A stretch of DNA of 64,000 nt. It comes from Mobula hypostoma. Taxonomy: Eukaryota. The first letter of the stretch is position 1, and each line of letters starts with the position of its first letter. Shown in pieces: positions 27,201 to 39,200 of the stretch. The position numbers were made by a program, and so were the translations under genes. The notes under the pieces were generated by a model, which had not been told where the DNA came from, made no database searches, and saw only the letters and a list, made by a program, of their open reading frames with translations. Location of the stretch: assembly GCF_963921235.1 (NCBI RefSeq), contig NC_086107.1:100318001-100382000 (forward strand), written 5' to 3'.

Positions 27201-30200
27201 ACCTTCCTATCCTTCCAATACACCGTGTATCCTTGGACGTTCAGCTCCCAGAGACCTCCTCCTTTGTCCTATCTATGTCATTGGTACCAATATGTTGGAC
27301 CCGGAGGCTGGTGGGGTGGTAGGTGAGGACAAGGGGAATCCTATTCCTAGTGGGGTGGTGGGAGGATGGAGTGAGAGCAGATGTGCGTGAAATGGGGGAG
27401 ATGCGTATGAGAGCAGAGTTGATGGTGGAGGAAGGGAAGCCCCTTCCTTTAAAAAAGGAGGACATCTCCCTCGTCCTGGAATGAAAAGCCTCATCCTGAG
27501 AGCAGATGCGGTGGAGACGGAGGAATTGTGAGAAGGGGATGGCATTTTTGCAAGAAACAGGGTGAGAAGAGGAATAGTCCAGATAGCTGTGAGAGTCAGT
27601 AGGCTTATAGTAGACATCAGTAGATAAGCTGTCTCCAGAGATAGAGACAGAAAGATCTAGAAAGGGGAGGAAGGTGTCGGAAATGGACCAGGTAAACTTG
27701 AGGGCAGGATGAAAGTTGGAGGCAAAGTTAATGAAGTCAACGAGCTCAGCATGTGTGCAGGAAGCAGCACCAATGCAGTCAGTGTTTTGTTGAATTGGCA
27801 AAAATTGGAATAAGGAGACCAGGCTAGAAGAGGCAAAGGGACTGAGAGAATGGAATTTGAAAAAAATGGAAGCATCTAATCTCATGTATCTTGCATTCTC
27901 AAATATAGCCATTCCAGGAAGGACCGAATTATTGTTTATTTAAGGAAGATTAAGTAAATTATTTTGGAAATGATCTTTGAATTTAGATTAAGAAAAGCTA
28001 AATATTCTTTTATGGTGATGTAAGTTGATGGATAAATATTGGCCATGACTGCTTCCTCAAGATTAAAGTCTCACTTGAATGATGAAAGTGCTACCTGCAT
28101 TTTTCGCCACTCAAAAGGGTGAAGGTACTGGGATTTGTTGAAGTTTAATTACTGAGACAGATATTTGATTGTTAGGTGGTTTATGGGACAATGATGGGCA
28201 AACAAAGTTGATACAAAATATCCAACTCTACTTTTATGCTCCCAGGTAAGATAAAGAGATCGGAAATAAAACAATAATTACATTGGAAATCAAAGTCCTC
28301 AGAGTAGTACCAAACCTTCTACACATAAATACAGCACTATTGGTTTTGAAAGGTATCACTGTTTGTTTAGACTGACTTTCAGTCTTTGAATAACTATACA
28401 ATTATTAACATTGCTTTTGGTTCCTCAATGCACTGTGATAATCATAATTATCAACACCAAAAATGTAAAAGCACCCCTCAGCTCATAGAACTCTTACCTG
28501 ACATAATCATTCCAAAGAAACTTTTTCCGTGGTCCTGATACCCTTCGGCCTGGCTTATCGTCATCCTCCTCTTCAGATCCATTTTTATCTCGATCCTCTT
28601 CAGATGCTATCCTGAGGAAAAAACCAAGTGTATCACAGAGAGCTGGGAACTATTCCCCACTGAACTTGCATTTACAGAGAGCTGTTCATCTGCAGTATTC
28701 ACACAGGTATAGGCACCAACCCTAAGCAATAACAAAAGTCTAAGAGTGGGAAAGGATGAAACGTACAGTCAGTACATGAAAGACAAAAAACCTACAGAAG
28801 CTGGAAATGAGAAATACAGTGCTGTACAAAATTCTTAGGCATATATGTATAGCTAGGGAGCCTAAGATTTTTGCACAGAACTGTAGTAATTTTAAGTATT
28901 GCACTGTACATCTGCCACAAAAAAAACATATTTCATAACACGTGAGTGATGACCATCGTGATTCTGATACGGGTCTCTATTGTGGACTGAGAGTGGGAAG
29001 GAGGCAGGGAGAGGGGACCCATGGTTGGAAAAAGGGCAAAGGAAAGGGGAGGGAGCGACAAGAGAGACATTCCGTAATGATCAATAAACCAACTGTTTGG
29101 AATCAAATGACCTTGCCTGGTGTCTCAGGGCTGGGTATGTCTGCACCCGTGCCAACCCCCTGACCCTGGCACTCCTCCTCTACCATCTGTCCCACACCCC
29201 TCCCGCGGTGCTCCGCCACCATCACCATTCCCAACAGTCCTTTCTCCTGCCAGATTTGCAAACTCACTCTCTGCTCCATGTTGACAAATGAAGTACGTTG
29301 CAAAAGCCTTAGGCACGTTAGCTATATATGTGTCTAAGACTTTTGCATAGCACTGTAAAAAACAGAAAAATGTTGTAAGCATTCATACGTCAGTCAGCGT
29401 ATGTGTAAAGAAAATCAGTTATTGTTTTAGGTCATTGCTATTTTCCTTTCCACAGGTGCTGCCTGACCTGCTGAGTCTTTCCAACACTTACTCTTTTCAG
29501 AGGGCATGATGCAACCTGACCAAAAAAAAAGTTGCCAAATGAGAAACAAATGCATATTGCCTCCACGTACTTCAGCTCAACACTACATTCAAACAATTTG
29601 CAATAAATTAGAAGCAAAGGGATTTAGGGCTGTAGAAACACGAATTGCTAAAAGCTACTGCTTCTATATCAATGGGCCTAAGGAACAATGACTTGCTGCT
29701 TCATTTTGACGCAACCTTGTTTAGACCTCGCTGAGAAGCACTTAACCAGGACAGAAAATGCAGAAGCAGTTAATGTTTCAGGGCTGAGAGAAGTAAAGAC
29801 AAAGACAAAAAAACTTTCTCTTTTGTTCTTGCCTACATTTCTTCCTTTCTCTGCATCTGAAAGTCAATTTCATCTCCTTAATTCCTTCAGTGACAAGTTT
29901 CTGCAGATTTGGCAGGCAATCTAAAATTTCGACAGACTTCTACAGATGCACAGTGAAGAGTATCCCGACAGATTGCATTATGGTATGGAAGCACTAACGT
30001 CCAAGAGTGGAAAAAACTATAAAAAGTGGTGGATATAGCCCAGTCCACTACAGGAAAAGCCCTTCACACCATTGAGTATATCTATAAGGACTCATCTCAT
30101 GTTCTCTATATTTATTGCTTATTTATTTAAATTATTGTTTCTTCTTTTTTTGCATTTGCAGTTTGTTGTCTCCTGCACTCCGGTTGAACAGCCTAGTTGG

Positions 30201-33200
30201 GCGGTTGTTCAATGATTCTGTTATAGTTACTATTCTATAGATTTGTTGAGTTTGCACGCAAGAAAATGAATTTCAGGGTTGTCTATGGTGACATATATGT
30301 ACTTTGAACTTTAAGGAGCAGTGCCGCAGGAAAGCAGCATCCATCATTAAGTACCCGCACCACCCAGGCTATGCTCGCTTCTCACTGCTACCATCGGGAA
30401 GGAGGTACAGGAGCCTTAGTTCCCACACCACCAGATTCAGGGAGTTATTACCATTCAACCATCAGGCTCCTGAACCAGCATGGTTAACTTCACTCACCTC
30501 ATCACTGAACTCACGTCCTTGGTGTTATTTATTTATGAATTGTATTTGCCTGATTTGTCTTCTTTTGCGCACTGGTTGTTTCTCAGTCTTTGTGTGTAGT
30601 TTTTCATTAATTCTATTGTATTTCTTTGTTCAACTGTGAATGCCTCCAAGAAAATGAATCTCAGTGTAGTACATGGTGACAATAAAGTTACTTTGAACTT
30701 TGAAGTGGTCGCACATAATGCATTCCTCACCTATGAAGTCTCTCCAACATTAGGGGTGCAAACGCTAAGTGATTTCCTCAGTCCAGAAATCAGAATTAAT
30801 GGTGATGACCTGTTGCATTGGCAGTCAAGGTCAGCTAATCTTTCATGGTTCTTCAAATTCCACAATGTTACCTGACTCCATCCCTGCCTCAACCCATGTG
30901 CTGCTGAAACTACTGCCTACCCTGTGTTCTCCTGCTTGATTGCCCATCCTTCATAAACCTAGAATCATGTTCCATCATCATCATCATCTTCTTTTTCTTA
31001 AGACAATCGCTGAGGACTGAGGATGAACTGCTTCCAATTCAGTTCTGTTGTGGCTGAGGAGATCTACGTGAGATTTATAGCCTGTCATCAGTGCCTGACA
31101 CAGGCAGATGGGCTCCTTTCCACATTATTACTGGGTTTCTACATGCTCCTAATGGAGAGACCTGAGACTCTTAGTGCCACCTGGGACACTCCATTCTGAG
31201 CAGGCATGGGTCAGTTGGAGGGGATGTTTCCTTCCCTCCAAACCCCCAAGAAGATCCTCAGCATTTTTCTTTCAATCTCCCAATAATCATTTGAATGGAA
31301 ACTCAGTGTCAATTGCTTGCTTCAGGGACCTAAGTGCTGGAAATATAAATTCTATGGTTTGCCCACCAGAGACAACTGGGTGCAATTAGAGCCTCACTGG
31401 AAAAGGACACTGATGTTGATTCATTTTTCCTGTAAGTTGTCTTAGTCACTGAAGAACAGAGGGTGGTGGGGATTACTGCTGACTGAGTAACCATTGCTTT
31501 CTGAGTGGTTTGATATTTTGAACATCTCAAGCTAACACACGAGAGGGTGGTGATCATCATCACTCTATGTTGTAAGAGTCCTGTTCACATTTCACCCCAT
31601 TAACTTACCTAGCTCCCTGCCCAGCAACAATTTCACGCACATAACTTCCTCCAGTTCCACAAAACCCTCAAAATGTTACAGTCCAGTACTTGAAGTTTTG
31701 TGCAGCACTTGGGAGAAAACACTTGGAGAAAGGTGTAAGGATACACATACTTGGCAGACCGGGCCTTTGTGTGTGCTTGCAGTTCTTCCTGGTATTTTAT
31801 CAACTGTGCCGGCATTGCATTTGCCACTGCTTCCTTCAGTTTCTGTGTAGGATCACGTAACCGCTCATCCTGCAAAGGCAACAGAGATGTTGATAAAGGA
31901 ATACAATTCGCACTTCTGTCGTGCATTTACAACTCGGCACACCCCACAGCACAGTCAATGAAGTTGTTTTGAAGTACAGTCTTTGTCATATTATAAGAAA
32001 CATTGCTGCCAATATGCATGCAGCAAACATACACAAACAGCACGCCGATCACATTCTACTTTAGAATATTCGTTGGAGTTAATTATTATCTAGACAGTAA
32101 GGGAAATCCTGCTTTTCAAACAGCGGCACCAGATCCCAGGAAGCAGAAAGGATCTCGTTTTCTTGTTTGAAAGTTAACTTCCATGACAATACCACAAGTA
32201 CTTGGCCTGTCCCCTAAAACCCTCACTTAATTTTTATAGATGCACCGTAGAAAGCATTCTTCCAGGGTGCATCACAACCTGGTATGGAAGTTGTCCTGTC
32301 CAAGACTGGAAGAAGCTGTAGAAGATCATGAACACAGCCCAGCACATCACACAAACCAATCTTCCGTCCTTGGAATCACTTTACACCGCATGCTGTCGGA
32401 GCAGTGCTGCCAGGATAATCAAGGACACGACCCACCCAGCCAACACACCTTTCGCCCCTCTTCCCTCTGGGAGAAGGCTCAGGAGCTTGAAGACTCATAC
32501 GGCCAGATTTAGGAACAGCTTCTTTCCAACTGTGATAAAGACTGCTGAATGGATCCTGACCCGGATCTGGGCTGTACCCTCCAAATATCCGGACCTGCCT
32601 CTCGGTTTTTTTGCACTGCCTTACTTTCCCTTTTCTATTTTCTATTTATGATTTATAATTTAAATTTTTACTACTTACTATTGATTTGTACTCCAGGGAG
32701 CACAAAGCACAGAATCAAATATCGCTGTGACGATTGTACGCTCTAGTATCAATTGTTTGGCAACAATAAAGTATAAAGTACTTCACTGGACTGTCAGCCT
32801 CAAACCACTGGAGTCAGGATTAAATCCCTAATCTCCACAGACTGGGAAGGAAGCAAATTTACTCAGCATAGTTTAACCTCCGTTGGCAGTGCACATAACG
32901 GAGAAGAAATCATGTAAGATTCGAAGGAGGTCATCACCATTTTAAAATGACACATTCTTCACGAATATAAATGTTGATTTTATTTACAATTAAAGAACAA
33001 AAATTATGGAGTTAACTACTGTAAACAACTTGAATCATTTAGAGCAACACACATCAAAGTTGCTGGTGAACGCAGCAGGCCAGGCAGCATCTCTAGGAAG
33101 AGGTACAGTCGACGTTTCAGGCCGAGACCCTTCGTCAGGACTACTAGCTCTTTCTTCAGTTAGTCCTGACGAAGGGTCTCGGCCCGAAACGTCGACTGTA

Positions 33201-36200
33201 CCACTTCCTAGAGATGCTGCCTGGCCTGCTGCGTTCACCAGCAACTTTGATGTGTGTTGCTTGAATTTCCAGCATCTGCAGAATTCGTGTTTATGAATCA
33301 TTTAGAGGTTCTCTCCAACACAATTAAAGCAGTTGGGAGGGGCAGACCTGGGAGTATATCATGAGCATAGTGACAAGTTTACACAGGCAATTTCTACTAT
33401 AAGCATTAACACAGGAATTTTTAATGGAAAAGTTTGCAACTGCAACATTGACCGAAAATAAGGCAACGTCTATAAGAGCGCACATTTATTATTTTAGGTA
33501 ATCTATTACTACTGAAAGAACAATAGAGATGGTTCCAGATGATGAAACCTTGAACAAAAAAAAACCTCCTGGAGGAACTCAGCAGGTCAAGCTGACGCCG
33601 ATGCAGGAATTTGTCTCAAAATGTTGACAATTCCTTTCCCCCTCCACAGTATGCTGTGTTCCTCTAGCAGATTGCTTGCTGCCCAAAGCACCTTCACAAT
33701 AGGAACTAGAACGGTATGGTTTGTTCAGCCCTGAGTAAAACAAACAATCTAGAATCTAGACTCTAGATCCTCTGTTTGGGAATTTCACGAGCTCTGATTG
33801 CTGCTTCCAGTCTGATCCACAGCCTAGGAATTGGGCAGGATGCTTAAAGTTTGTGCTAATGAACTTCAGGGAAACACTTCTGTTCAAGATTTATGATTGT
33901 TCAATGTCAGTGTAAAGGAGAACAAAATAATTGTTATTCTAGCTCCAAAGCAGCACAATAAGATAAAGAACACAATAATAAAAAAACACAATAAACATAA
34001 ACACATAAGATAGCTTATGTAAACCAATTTCCCCCGGGATCAATAAAGGATGACTATGACTATGTACATAGATCGATTGCATGTCCATAAAGCGGTGCCA
34101 TGCACAGGAGTGTCTGTACATAAGGTGGCTGACAGGAAATGATGAAGGAGTGGTGGTGGGGTGTGTGAAGGGGAGGCTTGCTGCTTGAGGTAACTATTTC
34201 TGAGTCTGGTGGTCCTGGTGTGGATGCGGTGCAGCCTCCTCCCTGAAGGGAGTGGGGCAAACAGCCCGTGAGCAGGGTGGGTGGGATCCTTCATGATGTT
34301 ACTGGCTCTCTTCCAGCACCTTTCTGATGGTGGGTAAGCTGGTGCCAGTGATGCACTGGGCAGGTTTGAACATCTGTTTAGAGCCTTCCTGTCCACCACA
34401 GCGCAGCTTCCATACCAGGCAGTGATGCCGCTTGTTAGGATGCTCTCTACTGGGCATCTGTAGAACGAAATGAGTGTGGGTATGCACAATCCTGCTCTCT
34501 TCCAGCCTTCTCAGAAAGTAGAGGTGTCAGTGAGCTTTTCTGACTGTGCAGAATGTGTTCCGATGTCATAAGAGGTTGTGCAAGGTGTGAGTTCTTTTGA
34601 AGTTGATACCCATCTCCTTTGTCTTGTTGACATTGAAGGAGAGTTACTTGCCAGGCCTCAAGCTCTTCCACTTTCTCTCTATACACCATCTCATCGGTGC
34701 TGGTGACAAGCCCCACCAATGTCATGTTATCGGCGAACTTGACAATGTGATTATCCGGGTGCTTAGTTGTGAGGTCATGTGTGACCAGAATGTACAACAA
34801 TAGGCCCAGCACACAGCTCTGGGGGGGGGGAGGGGGCACCCGTGTTGAGGATGACGGGGAGCGAGGGGTCATTGCGCATCCTGACTATCTGGGTTTCTGG
34901 TTGGCATTCGTACTTTTTGATTTTGCAATGGGTAATATATAGTGATGTTGTTGGAATTCTCATGTGACCTGCAGGGCTTCAGAGTCAGCTACTAATTGAT
35001 AGATAAAGACAGATAATTGATTAACCTTTTCAGGAAAGACCATCCAATATAGGCCAAAAGCTGCGATGCACAACTAGTGATCCATGAAGATCATTCTGCC
35101 CCCAAACCACATTTTATCGACTTTCACACAAGCCAAGAGGTGGCTTCAGAAATCAGTCAGTTAACACACACAGGTTAAGCTTTCTCACTTCCATGGTATC
35201 TGAAGTTCTTCAAACAAAAATGGATAAGGAACAATCAAACCTGTTTGTATTTGAATCTAGGTTTCCGCCTGTAAACTCCCTTTCCTCAAGCAGATCTGTC
35301 ATTATTGGTTATGGAAGCAGCAGTTTAGTGTTTGCTTAATGTTCTTGAAAGCTCTCTAAGCTCATGCTTAATGTTCTTGAAAATTAATAGACTGATTTTG
35401 AAAGAAAATGAGAAATAAAGTTCCCTTTTAATTATATATATTTCGCTTCCTTTCCCTCTCCAGCAGCAACCTAATCCATGAATTCAGCTCCCAAAATCAA
35501 GACCTCGTGCTCCTCTGATAGCCAAAAGAGCCGCACCCATAGGCTTTCTGTGAAAAAAACTTAACTTTGTGAATGCCGCCGACAATCAGTAACAATCAAC
35601 AATTACAACAAATCAGGGGATTAATAATTAAATTTTAAAATTAAAGCCTTAGAAAGATCAGACACTTAAAATACTGCAAAATACAAAAAAAATTTAAATA
35701 CATTTAAATTAAACAGTTTTAACTCAGAGTTCAAATATGTAAATTACAAATATGTAAATAGAACCTTTCTCTCCTCATTGAAATTAATAATTACTTAATG
35801 CGCACCCAAGCCAATCACTGTGCTCCTATATCCAACATTATTGCAGCCAAGACCCATGCAAAACAGGAGAGGCAAGGCAAGAGTGACTTCAATACAGCAC
35901 TTGAAAGAAGGAGCCCTGTTAAAACAGGTCAATGGGAATGGAAACTGGTCAAGAGGTCTCCACTCACATAAAGGAAAATGGTTATGTGGTTTACAGAGAG
36001 ACATTTACCTAAGCCCCAAGACAGCAGCAGGAGTTCCTCAGGGCACGGCCCAAGACTCAACCACCTTAACTGTTTTATCAACGACCTTCTCTTCTTAAAA
36101 GTTGAGTGGTGTCGTAGCAACAACCTTGCACTCAGTGTCAGTAAAACCAAACAGCTGATTGTGGACTTCAGAAAGGGTAAGACGAGGGAACAAACACCAG

Positions 36201-39200
36201 TCCTCATAGAGGGATCAGAAGTGGGGAGAGTGAGCAATTTCAAGTTCCTGGGTGTCAAGGTCTCTGAGGATCTAACCTGGTTGCAACATATTGATGCAGC
36301 TATAAAGAAGGCAAGACAGCGGCTATATTTCATTAGGAGTTTGAGGAGATTTGGTTTGTCATCTAAAACACTTGAAAGCTTATTCAAATGTACCATGGAG
36401 AGTATTCTGACTGGCTGCATCACTGTCTGCTATGGGCAGGGGGGAACTACTGCACAAGATCGAAGTAAACTGCAGAGAGTTGTAAAATTAGTCAGCTCCC
36501 TCATGGGCACTGGCCTCTGTAGTTTCTAAGACATCTTCAAGGAGCGATGCCTCAGGAATGTGGTGTCCATCATTAAGGAGCCCCACCATCCAGGACATGC
36601 CCTCTTCTCATCGTTACCATCAGGAAGGAGTGACAGAAGTCTGAAGGCACACACTCAGTGATTCAGGAATATCTTCTTCCCCTTTGCCATCCAATTTCTG
36701 AATGGACATTGAACCCATGAACTCTACCTCACTACTTTTATTTTCTATTTTTGCACTAATTATTTTAACTATATATGCGCAACATTCAGGCATGGAATGG
36801 TATGGCAAGTATCATAAGCCCTGCAGGCTTGCCCCAAGAAATTCCCATTACGAACAAGCGAGCACTTAACAAACCACCTTCACCATTCAACAATAGTACC
36901 ATTGCCGTCTTCCACCGTCAATGTACTGGACTAGAAACAAGCCACTTAAACCAGGTCAGACACTGTACCCTCCAGAGAGTGACTCAAGGCTAGACTCAAC
37001 AAAGGCTTACCAGCATCTACTTGCAGAGTGAGTGTTCCATCACACCACAAGTGGGATGGAATACTTCATACTTTCCTGTTTAGTGCAATTCCAAGAATAC
37101 ACCAGAACAATTCAGGACGATACAGCCCACTTTGACTGGCAAGCCGTCCATTACCCTGAACATTCAGTCCTGAACAAACAGCAGTGTGGTTGGTGCTGGG
37201 ATCAGTTACAAAATGCATTACAGGTTCTTGCCAACATCTCCCCTGACAACGTCAATCACTTTAAAGTGTGAAAATGTCAAGACTTGCAACATAAACATTA
37301 TTCCAACTTGGAAATATCTTGCCATTCCTTCAGGGTGGCAGAAACAATTAGGACGGGCAACTAATTCACTCTGGAATGACTCCATTATCTCAGAAATTAA
37401 AACAAGAAACAAAACCTTCAACCTTTCACTCACTTTCTAAGTACACAAAGAGTATTTAGGATGGTATAGCAGCACTGCGATTGGTGATGTGCTACGTGGT
37501 CACAGAGCAGCTCAGTATCGAAGATCAATCTGTTAAGCTTGGAATCCTTTACTATCTCCCGCTCATCATACTGAATTATCCTGATCAGTCTGGGAGTTAT
37601 CAGGATTAAATTATCTGATAAAATATAAAGAAACAATTCAATCTGCTGTGTTTGTTCTGCCTCTTTGATGAAAAATTTTCTATAATCTTTTCCTCATAAC
37701 TGGGCCCTTTCAAGTAGGAGGCAGGCAAACCGCAGAGAACCTCATGCCAAAAATCATTTCACCATGTTGGAAAATGGAAAATGCATCTCTACTTATGGCA
37801 ATATGGTGGCTCAACTGCACAAGAGCAAAGGAGGTGACCAAAGATGATACGGTAGAGATGCAAGTCAAATGGACAGGCACTGTTGATATGAATCCAACGG
37901 CGCTTCCCCTCCCTGAGATCAGAATGAAGAACGTCATAAAATGGTGCTAGGCCTTCTTAAAGGGTAGGGTAATATGTCAGGCATTAAGCTCACATTAGTA
38001 GTGACACAGGTAAAAGGAGATATAAAGTCTTGCAACATGAATTCAAAGAGCTAAGTAGCAGATTTAAAGAGCAGGAGTTGAAGGCTGCAACTTCTGGATT
38101 ATTTCCAACACCATGCACTAGGAATTGGAGGTCAGGTTTGATGAAAGAAATGGTGCAAAGGGAGGGCTTTTGGATTACTGGGATCTTTCCTGGGAAGGCA
38201 AGGCCTGGAAATGAACCAGAACAGGTCAACCCTCTTGTGGAGATCTTTGCTCATGTTATTGGGATGGCTTATAGGAACACAAGCTAAATTCCATCTTTTT
38301 TAATGAAAGGAGTCTGATGAGTACAGATAAACTGAAGGAATGGATTAGCAAATGGAAATATAATATTGTTGCTATCGCAGAGATATGGTTGAAAGAAGAG
38401 CCAGCAACTCAACTTTCCACAGTATAGTACCTTCAGGCATAATGGAAAGGGTTGTAACGGAGATGGGGGCATTGCAGTATTAATTCGGGAGTCAGGAAGG
38501 ATAGTCTACAAATCTCTTTAAATATAGTTATATGGGTACAACAGGCATTTAAACAGTGAGAGACAAAGAAGCAGATTATGTGACAAATGACAGAGCAATG
38601 CAAGAATAATTACATTAATAAGGAATTTCACCTTCCCTGATTTTAAATGGAATTTTTAAAGGGTCCAGGAGAGCTTTTAAAACCAGTTTCTTAGGATAGT
38701 TGTTGGAAACAAAGGGTGGTACTGGATCCAATCTTGAGAGATGAAGCCAGAGAAATGATTGGAGCGTCAATGGGAAAATATTTTGGAGTTCGTCATAACT
38801 TTTAAATTTCAAAATAGTAATGGAAAAGGATAAGGGTGGTCCCAGAAATGAAAATGCTGAATTGCAGGAAGGTCAATTTCAATATCATAATGCACAGCTG
38901 GAAAAATTAGACTGTGGGATGCTGCCTGGTTGAGAGGACATGTGCTGTCACGAGAGGCTGGAAAAACTTGAGCTGTTTTCTCTAGAGCACCGGAGGCTGA
39001 GGGGAGATCTGATAGAATTTATAAAATTATGAGAGGTATAGACAGAGTGGACAGAGAGTGTCTGTTTCCCAGGGCTGAAATGTCTAATATCAGATGGCAT
39101 GCGTTGATGGTGAGAGGGTGTAGGTTCAAACGGAATGTGAGAGGCAAATACATTATAGGCTTTTAAGAGACGTTTGGATGTGCACATAGGTGTAAGGAAG

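Larger units (their letters stand above)
23522..27780 (-). mobile_element. Second Penelope-like element, split by a CR1 insertion (PLE parts ~23522-24502 and ~27289-27780)
   Basis: GIY-YIG in ORF 23940..24584; RT segment ([35 protein letters not shown]) in ORF 27241..27912; the halves join seamlessly when compared with the 21387 copy. Confidence 0.92.
33045..33293. mobile_element. Fold-back Penelope-end element with two opposed hammerheads and 14-bp TSD
   Basis: ~100-bp inverted arms (~33043-33143 and 33161-33261); TSD tgaatcatttagag at 33031-33044 and 33294-33307. Confidence 0.9.

Noticed and set aside
33006..33301. Mirror-image small ORFs on both strands ([12 protein letters not shown]...)
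   Set aside because: By-products of the palindromic non-coding Penelope terminus; the same peptide recurs wherever that terminus occurs.
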